From Chloropicon primus (lineage: Eukaryota), in contig CP060760.1 of the NCBI GenBank assembly GCA_023205875.1, forward strand, positions 124,001-188,000: a stretch of 64,000 bases of DNA. The letters are read 5' to 3'. Below are positions 55,874-64,000 of this stretch, one piece after another. The notes beneath the pieces were generated by a model. That model searched no databases. It had not been told where the DNA came from and worked only from the letters and a program-made list of their open reading frames with translations. How positions within the stretch are numbered: position 1 is the stretch's first letter; each line of letters starts with the position of its first letter. The translations under genes and the position numbers were made by a program.

Positions 55874-58800
55874 TTAGAGTTTAGACGCAATTTTATTCAT
55901 GTGGTTCATCCTGGCGCTTTCCACCCCGCTCCTCGGATCGACAAGGACGTTGAACAGGGCCGGCTTTCCTTGGAGAAGGGCAGAGCGGAGGTTCTGTGCC
56001 AGCGCATCGGGATGGTAGATTGAGTGTCCCTGCCCGTGGAAGGACTTCATGATCATCTCGTACTGGGAGCCTGGGACAAAGTCCGTTGGCGCGGGGTCTT
56101 TCCCGAACCCAGCGGCCTCCATCCCCTTCTTCGCCTTCGTTTTGGTGCCCTCCTCCCTCCTGTCCCCCCCATAAATTCCACCGTTGTTGAGGACTACTAC
56201 TACGACTTTCAGGTCATACCTTGCGATCACCTCGCACTCCATGGCAGAGAAGCCGAACGCAGAGTCTCCCAACACGGCCAGAACGGGCCTCTCCGGATCG
56301 TTAAGGGCGGCCGCAACGGCGTAGCCCAAACCTACGCCCATCGTCCCCATCGTCCCCGAGTCCAGCCTCGTTCTCGGAACGTTGACCTCAATGGCCTGCC
56401 GCCCAATGTCCATCGTGTTCGCCCCCTCGTTCACAAACACGGGCTGCACGCCGTGGCCTGCCGCGAGATCCTTCAGGACGCCGTCGATGACGCCAAAGAC
56501 TTGGTAAAATCCCATCAGGTCGGTAGCCTTCGAAGCAAGCTTGGTCCGCAGATCCTCCTTCTTCGCTTCCTTCTCCTTCTGAAGAGCCTGGACCCACTTG
56601 GAGACCTTGGCAGCCGAGTAACCACTCTTGTACAGCGCGTTGCTCAGCTGCGAGACCACTGTTTTCGCGTCCCCCGGCAAGTAGAGGTTGGTGGTCCGCA
56701 GGCAATGCTTGCTTCTCTTCTTCGCGTCGAGGGTGTCCACCACGATGAACTTGGCGCTCTTTGACCATTTCGGAGCCTCTCCAAAGGACCACTGCCAATT
56801 CAGTCGCGTCCCGAGGACAAGGACCACGTCACACTCCTTCATCGCTTTCGATCTGGCAGCCCCCACGCACAGGTCGTGTGCATCAGGAATCAAGCCCTTG
56901 CCCATCGGGCTTGGGAGGCAGGGTATGCCGGTCAACTTCACAAAGTCTTCGAGCTCGGTTTCTGACCTCGAATACGCTGCCCCCTTCCCCACAATGATCA
57001 TTGGCCTCTTCGCCCTCAGCAGCAGAGCTGCAGCCTTTTCCACCTTTGCGTTATCTGCCGCGAAGCGGAAGATGTCCTGAGTGACGTGCTTGACATCCCT
57101 GAGGACCCTGGCGTCGTCGATCGGCCCGACGGTTGAGAACAAGATGTCCGCGGGAATGTCAACGTAGACGCCGCCAGGCCTGCCCGACAGAGCCTCGTGC
57201 ACCGCAGCAGACAAGACTCTGCCGGTTTGAGAGATCTTCTTGATCTGAAAGACCGCCTTGCAGTGGGGCCTCGCAGCTTTGCACTGGTCGATCTCCTGGA
57301 AGCCCCCCTTGCCAACACGCTTCCTCTCCACGGAGCCGGAGATCATGATCATCGGCCAGCAATTTTCCGTAGCATTCGAAAGTCCCGCCAGCCCGTGAAC
57401 GACTCCTGGACCAGACACGGTGAGCAGCACCGCTGGCTTACCCGTAAGGAAGCCCAGGCAGGAGGCGGCATAACCAGCAGATTGCTCGTTCCTGAACCCG
57501 ATGAATCGTATCCCTTGAGCTTGCGCAGAAGTCGCCAGCTGGGTCACCGGTATGCCGACGATTCCCAGCATGTGCTTCACCCCGATGGCCGACAGGCACT
57601 TTGCAACCGACTCGAATCCCTGAACGTCCGCTTGCTCCTCCTGCTCTGCTTCTGCGCCCCCTCCTGCTCCCCCCCTCCCGGCTTTGACCTGGTCTTGCAC
57701 GAACGATCTGACCATTCTCCTCTGTATTTTGCCCGTGGGGGTCTTGGGCATGACTTCGAGGTAGTGAAACTTGATGGGGATCTTGAACGTCGCTAGTTTG
57801 GGCTTGCAGTGAGCCAGGAGCTGGGCCTCAGACACGCTGCTTCCGTCCTTGACGACGACAGCTGCATGGACAACTTCCCCGTACTTCTCATCTGGCATGC
57901 CAAAGGCCACAGCCTCCGCGAGCGAGGGGTGGGAAAGCAGGGTGCTGTCGATCTCCAATGGCGATATTTTCTCCCCGCCCCTGTTGATGAGCTCCTTCAG
58001 CCTCCCGGTCAGCGTCAGGTACCCGTTCTCGTCGAGCCAGCCTTGGTCCCCGGTGTGGAACCAGCCGCCAGCAAAGGCCTCCGCCGTGGCCTTTGGGTTG
58101 TTCAGATACCCTGGGGTGACGTTGGGGCCCCGGATGCAGACCTCGCCGACCGATCTTGGGGGCAGCTCGTTTAGCTTGTCGCCCAAAATCGTGACCTGGA
58201 CGCCCATCCCTTTGCCCACGCTCCCGGGAATCCTCTTGCCGTACTTGGGAAGGGGGTTGCTCGTCATCTGGTGGCACGCTTCAGTCATCGCGTACGCCTC
58301 CACCACAGGGGCCCTGAAAGTGGTCTCCAGTTTGGTCAGGATGGCAGGCGCGAGGGACGAGCTTGAGCTCCTGATCAGCCGCAGGGGCGGGGGATCGTCG
58401 GCGGGATAGTCCTTGCCGGCCCTGAGAAGGAGGACTTGGTGGATGGTGGGCACGGCCGTGTACCAGGTGATGCGGAAGTGCCTGGCGTCTTTCCAAAACA
58501 TGTTTGCGCTGAACGCCCCGCCCGACGGGATGACGACCTGAGACCTCGACGCCAGCGCCGTCAGCAGGCCGCACATCAGGCCGTGGACGTGGAACAGCGG
58601 CATCACCAAAAGGGAAACGTCCTTTGGTCCGAATTCGTACGTTCTCCTTATGTTCGAAATCGAGGCGCAGATGTTGGCGTGGGTCAGCGGAACCCCCTTG
58701 GGCTTGCTGGTCGTGCCGGAGGTGTGCAGAAGCAGCGCGACTTCTTGGGGCCTCGGGAGATCCGACAGCGCGGCGTCGGAGCTCCCGGTCGCCCTCAGGA

Positions 58801-59329
58801 GCACCCCGCTCGCCACGTCCCAAACGGTGAAGAGGACGCCGCCCCACTCCGGGTCGTTCACCGCGGCGATTTGGAAAACTCGAATTCCCAGGTCCCTCGC
58901 TGCCTCTACGGCCGCCTCGGGAGCGCCCGTCGCCGGCAGCAGGACCGCCGCCGCCTTCTGGTCCTCCAGGTAGAAGAGGTACTCGTCTTTCGTGTACTTT
59001 GGGTTCAGGGGGGCCGCGACCGACCTCGCGATCGTTGTCCCGATGAAGGCGCCCGCGAAGGCGACGCTGTTCGGCATGACGATGGCCGCCACCGCTCCCG
59101 GCGTCAACACGGGCTGCGCATTGGAAGGCGACCTCAGGAGGTGGGCCAAGTTAAGCAGGGCCTTGTTGAGGTGGCCAAAGGTGATCGGCTTCAACCGCTC
59201 TTCCTCCGGGTCCTTTCCCCCAGGCACGTTCCCTGCTTTGGGCAGCCCCGCCTGGAAGCAAACAGCCCTCGACACCTCCCTGGTCTCCCCTTCACTCAGC
59301 AGTATCGCCTCGGCGAGCGTCCTCGACAT
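55874..59329 (-). CDS. Peroxisomal fusion: oxalate-CoA ligase (AAE3/Pcs60-like) + ThDP-dependent oxalyl-CoA decarboxylase/2-hydroxyacyl-CoA lyase
   Basis: HTSGTTSKPKGV, PLFHVHGL, EAYAMTEACHQMTSN, GWFHTGD, PKTPTGKIQR; Gly linker; GIVGIPV, RNEQSAGYAA, EGANTMDIGR, GDSAFGFS...NN; C-terminal SKL. Confidence 0.9.
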   Translation of the reverse strand: MSRTLAEAILLSEGETREVSRAVCFQAGLPKAGNVPGGKDPEEERLKPITFGHLNKALLNLAHLLRSPSNAQPVLTPGAVAAIVMPNSVAFAGAFIGTTIARSVAAPLNPKYTKDEYLFYLEDQKAAAVLLPATGAPEAAVEAARDLGIRVFQIAAVNDPEWGGVLFTVWDVASGVLLRATGSSDAALSDLPRPQEVALLLHTSGTTSKPKGVPLTHANICASISNIRRTYEFGPKDVSLLVMPLFHVHGLMCGLLTALASRSQVVIPSGGAFSANMFWKDARHFRITWYTAVPTIHQVLLLRAGKDYPADDPPPLRLIRSSSSSLAPAILTKLETTFRAPVVEAYAMTEACHQMTSNPLPKYGKRIPGSVGKGMGVQVTILGDKLNELPPRSVGEVCIRGPNVTPGYLNNPKATAEAFAGGWFHTGDQGWLDENGYLTLTGRLKELINRGGEKISPLEIDSTLLSHPSLAEAVAFGMPDEKYGEVVHAAVVVKDGSSVSEAQLLAHCKPKLATFKIPIKFHYLEVMPKTPTGKIQRRMVRSFVQDQVKAGRGGAGGGAEAEQEEQADVQGFESVAKCLSAIGVKHMLGIVGIPVTQLATSAQAQGIRFIGFRNEQSAGYAASCLGFLTGKPAVLLTVSGPGVVHGLAGLSNATENCWPMIMISGSVERKRVGKGGFQEIDQCKAARPHCKAVFQIKKISQTGRVLSAAVHEALSGRPGGVYVDIPADILFSTVGPIDDARVLRDVKHVTQDIFRFAADNAKVEKAAALLLRAKRPMIIVGKGAAYSRSETELEDFVKLTGIPCLPSPMGKGLIPDAHDLCVGAARSKAMKECDVVLVLGTRLNWQWSFGEAPKWSKSAKFIVVDTLDAKKRSKHCLRTTNLYLPGDAKTVVSQLSNALYKSGYSAAKVSKWVQALQKEKEAKKEDLRTKLASKATDLMGFYQVFGVIDGVLKDLAAGHGVQPVFVNEGANTMDIGRQAIEVNVPRTRLDSGTMGTMGVGLGYAVAAALNDPERPVLAVLGDSAFGFSAMECEVIARYDLKVVVVVLNNGGIYGGDRREEGTKTKAKKGMEAAGFGKDPAPTDFVPGSQYEMIMKSFHGQGHSIYHPDALAQNLRSALLQGKPALFNVLVDPRSGVESARMNHMNKIASKL

Positions 59330-59334
59330 GTCGT

Positions 59335-59665
59335 TCGATTAGCGCCACGAGTCTCGTATCCCCTCCTCCTCGCCTTACTCCTCCGCCGTTTTCCTCGAGC
59401 GAGGGCTCTTTGGAAAGACGAACGCGAGACACTTCCACTGGTTCGGTCCTCCCGATGTCTCCCTTCCCCTTCCTCCCGATGTCCTCGAGCCCCTCTGTCG
59501 ATTAGCACCACAAGTCTCCTCCCTCTCGTATCGTATCCCCTCCTCGCCTCACTCCTCCGCCGTTTCCGTCAAGCGAGGGCTCTTTGGAAAGAAGAACGCG
59601 AGACGCTTCCGCTGGTTTGGTCCTCCCGATCTGTCCCTTCCCCTTCCTCCCGATGTCCTCGAGCG
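59335..59665 (+). repeat. Tandem duplication of a ~165-175 bp unit directly upstream of the ligase-decarboxylase ATG
   Basis: tcgattagc(g/a)ccac(g/a)agtctc at 59335 and 59498; gagggctctttggaaaga at 59401 and 59575; cccttccccttcctcccgatgtcctcgagc twice. Confidence 0.92.
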
Positions 59666-59973
59666 TCTGCTGCCTTGTCCCGATCAAGCGTTATGAACGA
59701 GCGGCTGAGAGCGAGCCGTTGTTTTCCCCTCTTCTTCCCCCTTCATTTAAATTGACAGGCGGAAGGCATCGAGGCGGAAGGGGTTTGGGGAGCAAGTTTC
59801 GGAGCGAGTTTCGGGACGGAGCGGGGGCGAAGAGCGGAGGGAGAGGTACACAGGGAGAAAGGCACGGTCGCGGTCTTTCTTATGACCCGTCGCTTGAAAG
59901 ATTTGGGGCGGTGAAGGGTTTGGTGGAGGGAAGAGCTCGAGGATTTTGACAACTTGCTTGTGAGGTTGTTGTC

Positions 59974-60921
59974 ATGGAGGCCAGCGGTAGCAGGGGGAAG
60001 GGGAGGGAGGAGACCTCTTGCAGCTTGGCAACTTCTTCTCCCTCATGTTGCTTGGCATCTTCTTCGGCCTCGTGCAGCTTGACATCTTCTTCGGTTCGGC
60101 GGAAGAGGAAGGGAAAGTTTTACGCGAGTTACTTGCTCGTTTCCTTGAGCGAGAGGAGCTCGAGGGGGAAGGGGAGGACGTACATAGGGTTCACGGTGAA
60201 CCCTTCTCGGAGGATACGGCAGCACAATGGGAAGCTGGCGATGGGAGCGTGCAGCACGCGGGCCTTCCGGCCGTGGGAGATGGTTCTCGTGGTGTACGGG
60301 TTCTCCTCCAAGGGGAAGGCGCTGGCCTTCGAGTGGGCGTGGCAGCACCCTCGCAGGTCCAAAGCCATCAAGGAGAAGGTCGGAAAGATCAAGAGGACCG
60401 CGCTGACCGGGATGAAGGGCAAGGTGAGGATACTGAACGAGCTCCTGTGCTCGGAAGCCTTCGCCAGCGAGGCGCCGAACCTTCGCGTGCAGGTTCTGGA
60501 CAGCAAGCACTCGGACGTGTTGCCCTGCTTGAGCCAGACGCGAGTCCCCGTGAGCATCGCCCCGATGCAAGAGCTCCCGACGGAGGACTACGGTCAAGGG
60601 GAGGAGGAGGAGGAGGGGGCCTTGCCGGCGGGGGGCCTGGGAAAGTGCATGCTGTGCTTCGGCGAGCTCATCGAGGGGTGCGCGGTCTTGGCTTGCAGGT
60701 GCAGGTCGGCCTTCCACGTCAACTGCTTGGAGAAGCACCTGCCCAACCCTTGCCCGATGTGCCAGTACCCATTGACGATGGACGAGGCCTTGGACCTGGG
60801 GAGGGGAACGGCGGACGAGATCGAGATCGGGATCCCCACTGCTCAGTGCGGCACTCCGACCGCAAAGGAAAGAATCATCGAAAAGTCTTCACCCATCGTC
60901 ATTTCTCTCCTCTCCCCATAG
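59974..60921 (+). CDS. SLX1: Structure-specific endonuclease SLX1 (GIY-YIG + C-terminal RING/PHD-like finger)
   Basis: FYASYLL...TYIGFTVNPSRRIRQHNG, RPWEMVLVVYGF, ALAFEWAWQHP; CMLC...CRC...HVNC...CPMC. Confidence 0.92.
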   Translation: MEASGSRGKGREETSCSLATSSPSCCLASSSASCSLTSSSVRRKRKGKFYASYLLVSLSERSSRGKGRTYIGFTVNPSRRIRQHNGKLAMGACSTRAFRPWEMVLVVYGFSSKGKALAFEWAWQHPRRSKAIKEKVGKIKRTALTGMKGKVRILNELLCSEAFASEAPNLRVQVLDSKHSDVLPCLSQTRVPVSIAPMQELPTEDYGQGEEEEEGALPAGGLGKCMLCFGELIEGCAVLACRCRSAFHVNCLEKHLPNPCPMCQYPLTMDEALDLGRGTADEIEIGIPTAQCGTPTAKERIIEKSSPIVISLLSP

Positions 60922-61105
60922 AATGACTTCTTCTTATTATTATTGCGATCTATGTCTTGCCCTCCTTCTTTAAGTTGTTCCCCGCCGGGAACGTTTCCAC
61001 CGTCACAATTCATTGCCTTCCCCTTCCCTTTCTCCCAACCCCTTCGCTTTTCAGCTGTCGATCCCTTCAGCTGTGGTTGAGGGAGAAGGAGAGGAACATG
61101 ACGTG

Positions 61106-62947
61106 ATGAGGAAGAGGGGCAGGTGCTGGATGAGCGAAGGGGACCAAGCGCTGGTGGATCTCCTTAGAAGGTCCCTCCGACAATACACCCCTCTCACGTG
61201 GGTCAAGTTCTCCTTCGCCATCCTCGGGACGATTGGGGCGAACCTCTGCTTCCTCGCACTCCCCATGCAGGTTCCAACTTTAGTTGCGGCGCTTGATTCG
61301 CCGTCGTCGTCGTCGTCGTCGGCTTCGTTGCTCAGCGGGTGCTTGTCGATGGTCACTCTCTACCTATTACGCGTCGTACTCTCCCACGGCGGTAGGCACT
61401 GTCTGGAGAGTGTTGGCGTTTTGACCTTGCTGAACATCCAAGGGGAGATCTTCTCGTCAGCCCAGAGGCTGACAGTGGAGGATTTCGAGATGAGGTTTGG
61501 ATTGGGCGACGTCTTGGGAGTGCTGGAGCACGACGCCGCTGTGATCAGAGATGTACTCACCGTCAACCTGGAAAGGGTGTTGACGGGACTGATCTATGTG
61601 GTTGGTGGGATCTACTTGTGCCTCGTGATTTCGACCTTCCTTACGGTTGTGATATTCTGTGCGATCCTTCCCATCGGCTTGGCTTCAGTCTTCCTCAAGA
61701 AGATAAGCGAGACCTTTGGCAAGCGCCTGTCTGAGAAGAGGTCTCTTGTTGTGTCCAGGGAGCGAGAGATCTTGGGCTGTGCTCGGTTGGTGAGGTCCCA
61801 CCGGATGGAGAGGGAGGAGGAGCGCTCGTACAGAAGGCTTGGGGAGGAATACAACGAGGAAGCGAATCGTTACAGCGCTTTCATGAGCATTTGCAAGGGA
61901 GGATCTGGATTGACTCATTCCTTCGCTCTCATGATGATCATTTACTTTGGCGTCAGCCAAGCTTCCACGAAGGACGGCCTTGGGTCGGGCCAGCTCGTGG
62001 CCTTGATCAACATAGTCGTGGAGATCGGCAAGCATTTGGAGGGCGCGGTGCAGAACTATCTCTTGATCTCCGCGGCGGGGGGGAACGCAAAGAAGATCAG
62101 ACGCATCCTTGATGCTGCTACGCATTCCGAAGACATCCAACGCGGCCAGGGAGATGGCCCGTCTGAGATAGACAGGATCAAAGACAGCCCGTCGGCGTGC
62201 ATTCTCGAGCTCAGAGGGTGCACTTACCTGTACAACGACGAGGGGACCACGAGGGGAGTGGAAAACATCTCCTTCGAGGCGAAGCCTGGGGAGATTTTGT
62301 GCCTCGTGGGTCCATCCGGCTGCGGCAAGAGCACGACGCTCGACTTGGTCGCCCTCTTCCGCCCTTGCCAAGCGGGGAAAATTCTGTTTCACGGCGTGGA
62401 CACTGCAGACCTGTCCCTCGGCTCGTGCCGCTCATTGGTGAGCTGGGTTGGACAAACGAATCCCATCGTTCCCGGGACCTCGATACGCGATAACATCGCG
62501 TACGGGATGCATCTCGCCAGCGATGAAGACGTCCTGGAGGCGATCAAATTGTCCGCGTGCGATGACTTCCTCGACGCCAGCAATCTCCACCAGAGTTTCG
62601 ACCACGGCTTCAACCTCAGTGGCGGCCAGCGAGCGCGGGTGTCGATCGCTCGCGGCCTCCTCAAAGTTCTGAAAGGTGACGCAAAAATCCTTCTGTTGGA
62701 CGAGGCTTGCGCCAATCTGGATGCCGTCTCAGAATCAAGCTTGCTGTCAAGCATAAGGACAATCGTGAAAACTCATCGCATCGCATGCCTCTTCGTGACG
62801 CATAGGATGAACCACACCGCGAAAATCGCGGACAAGGTTCTCGTCCTCAAAGGTGGACGGCTTCGAGAGGAGGGGACCCACGTCGAGCTAAGCGCCAGGA
62901 AAGGAATATACTCCACCTTGCTCGCTGCATCATCCGAGAGCTTCTGA
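61106..62947 (+). CDS. Half-size ABC transporter, ABCB-like (TMD-NBD)
   Basis: Multi-TM N-half; GPSGCGKST, LSGGQRARV, ILLLDEA, VTHR; start codon uncertain. Confidence 0.88.
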   Translation: MRKRGRCWMSEGDQALVDLLRRSLRQYTPLTWVKFSFAILGTIGANLCFLALPMQVPTLVAALDSPSSSSSSASLLSGCLSMVTLYLLRVVLSHGGRHCLESVGVLTLLNIQGEIFSSAQRLTVEDFEMRFGLGDVLGVLEHDAAVIRDVLTVNLERVLTGLIYVVGGIYLCLVISTFLTVVIFCAILPIGLASVFLKKISETFGKRLSEKRSLVVSREREILGCARLVRSHRMEREEERSYRRLGEEYNEEANRYSAFMSICKGGSGLTHSFALMMIIYFGVSQASTKDGLGSGQLVALINIVVEIGKHLEGAVQNYLLISAAGGNAKKIRRILDAATHSEDIQRGQGDGPSEIDRIKDSPSACILELRGCTYLYNDEGTTRGVENISFEAKPGEILCLVGPSGCGKSTTLDLVALFRPCQAGKILFHGVDTADLSLGSCRSLVSWVGQTNPIVPGTSIRDNIAYGMHLASDEDVLEAIKLSACDDFLDASNLHQSFDHGFNLSGGQRARVSIARGLLKVLKGDAKILLLDEACANLDAVSESSLLSSIRTIVKTHRIACLFVTHRMNHTAKIADKVLVLKGGRLREEGTHVELSARKGIYSTLLAASSESF

Positions 62948-63100
62948 TGAATGGATGGCGCCACTTTCGCTCTTGTAACTCATTCTCATCATCAATCACC
63001 ATTGTCCTGCACACACACAACTCTGGAACTCGAGTCCTCCAATTTTGACAGCTGCCGGAGAGGGAGAGGAGAGAGGAGCTCTCTGCCGGAGGGGCATCAG

Positions 63101-63853
63101 ATGCCGACGTCGGGCGAGGAGTCGAGCGGCCCGCGCGGCCCAGGGTTCAACTCCCTGAAGCAAGCGCAGGTCGTGGTGTCCTCCCTCCTGGTCTTTCTCG
63201 TTGTCGTCGGAAGCCTCGTGCTGGACCAGAGGAAGGCCATGGGCAACAGGATATTGATGCCAATACTTTCGGTCATGCTCACTTCAGCCAACGAGACCGT
63301 TCACAGCGTGTTCCTGCCGAGGCACTCCAAGAAAGGGGGGAGCGTCGCCCGCCTTGCCGCGATGTCCGTGTCGGGAGGTACCGTGGCGTTCCTCTTCGCG
63401 GCGACTTGCTTCGGGGTTCCCATCAGGAGGTTCCTCGACACGATAAACTTTGGGTTCTTCCTGTCGACTCTGGTGACGATGCCTGGAGCTTGCTTGCTGA
63501 CCGAAGACTTTGAGCAGTGGAAGAGGAGCTACCTGACGCTGAAGCCGCAAACTACGGTGGAGAGGATATGCTCAACGCTCTTGTGCTCCTCGCTGCTGGG
63601 CTCGTGGCTGGGCGCTTGGGTCATCCCCTTGGACTGGAACTGCTCCTGGCAGGCTTGGCCCATACCCTGCTTCGCGGGAGGGGTCTTGGGCAACCTGGTG
63701 GGGTCCATGGTGCTGGTCAGGTGGCTGGGTCGGTGCCAGTCCAAGCTGGATGAGAAGGAGAAGAAGAGGAAGAAGTACGAGTTGGAGTCGAAGAAGAAGA
63801 AGCAGGGAGAAGTCCCCGTGTGCAACGAGACAAACTGGTGGATGTTTATGTAA
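63101..63853 (+). CDS. PIGF: GPI ethanolamine-phosphate transferase subunit PIG-F/GPI11
   Basis: CFGVP and LGSWLGAWVIPLDWNCSWQAWPIPC signature. Confidence 0.88.
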   Translation: MPTSGEESSGPRGPGFNSLKQAQVVVSSLLVFLVVVGSLVLDQRKAMGNRILMPILSVMLTSANETVHSVFLPRHSKKGGSVARLAAMSVSGGTVAFLFAATCFGVPIRRFLDTINFGFFLSTLVTMPGACLLTEDFEQWKRSYLTLKPQTTVERICSTLLCSSLLGSWLGAWVIPLDWNCSWQAWPIPCFAGGVLGNLVGSMVLVRWLGRCQSKLDEKEKKRKKYELESKKKKQGEVPVCNETNWWMFM

Positions 63854-64000
63854 CTTTGTAACTTGCTGTGTTTTTTAGAAGCGCTGGAAGTGGTCCTCCA
63901 TCCGCTCACCCCCCTTTCTGGTCCAGCACGGAAAGGCAGTCCCTGTCGAGGACGACGCGGACGAGCCTGCGGAACATCACCCGGCAAAGGTTAAAGCAGC

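Noticed and set aside
59974..60921. GIY-YIG nuclease as a homing endonuclease or Penelope-like element
   Set aside because: FEWAWQHP motif and C-terminal Cys finger identify host SLX1; no RT or intron context

Overview
Gene-dense, GC-rich eukaryotic nuclear DNA from a compact green-algal genome. Plastid-targeted CURT1, bS6c, ARSA1 and thylakoid signal peptidase, short GT-AG introns with a strong CTGAC branch point, and microsatellite-rich spacers support this; a Chloropicon-like picoalga is my inference only. About 36 protein-coding genes can be supported, mostly housekeeping (RPC4, RPLP0, RPS15, NDUFA5, DIS3, TRF4-like, UTP18, WDR12, TAF4, MUTYH, SLX1, PIG-F), plus centriole/flagellar genes (OFD1, DRC8). 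No rRNA, tRNA, CRISPR or transposase was seen. Highlights: (1) an intronless peroxisomal (SKL) fusion of an oxalate-CoA ligase (AAE3/Pcs60-type) with an oxalyl-CoA decarboxylase/2-hydroxyacyl-CoA lyase; (2) an inward-rectifier K+ channel fused to a DHAR/CLIC-like GST domain; (3) a SAP domain fused to a nucleotide-sugar transporter; (4) a recurrent oriented ~22-bp motif upstream of many genes, often inside ~165-205 bp tandem duplications. All calls come from motif recognition by eye; no searches were run.
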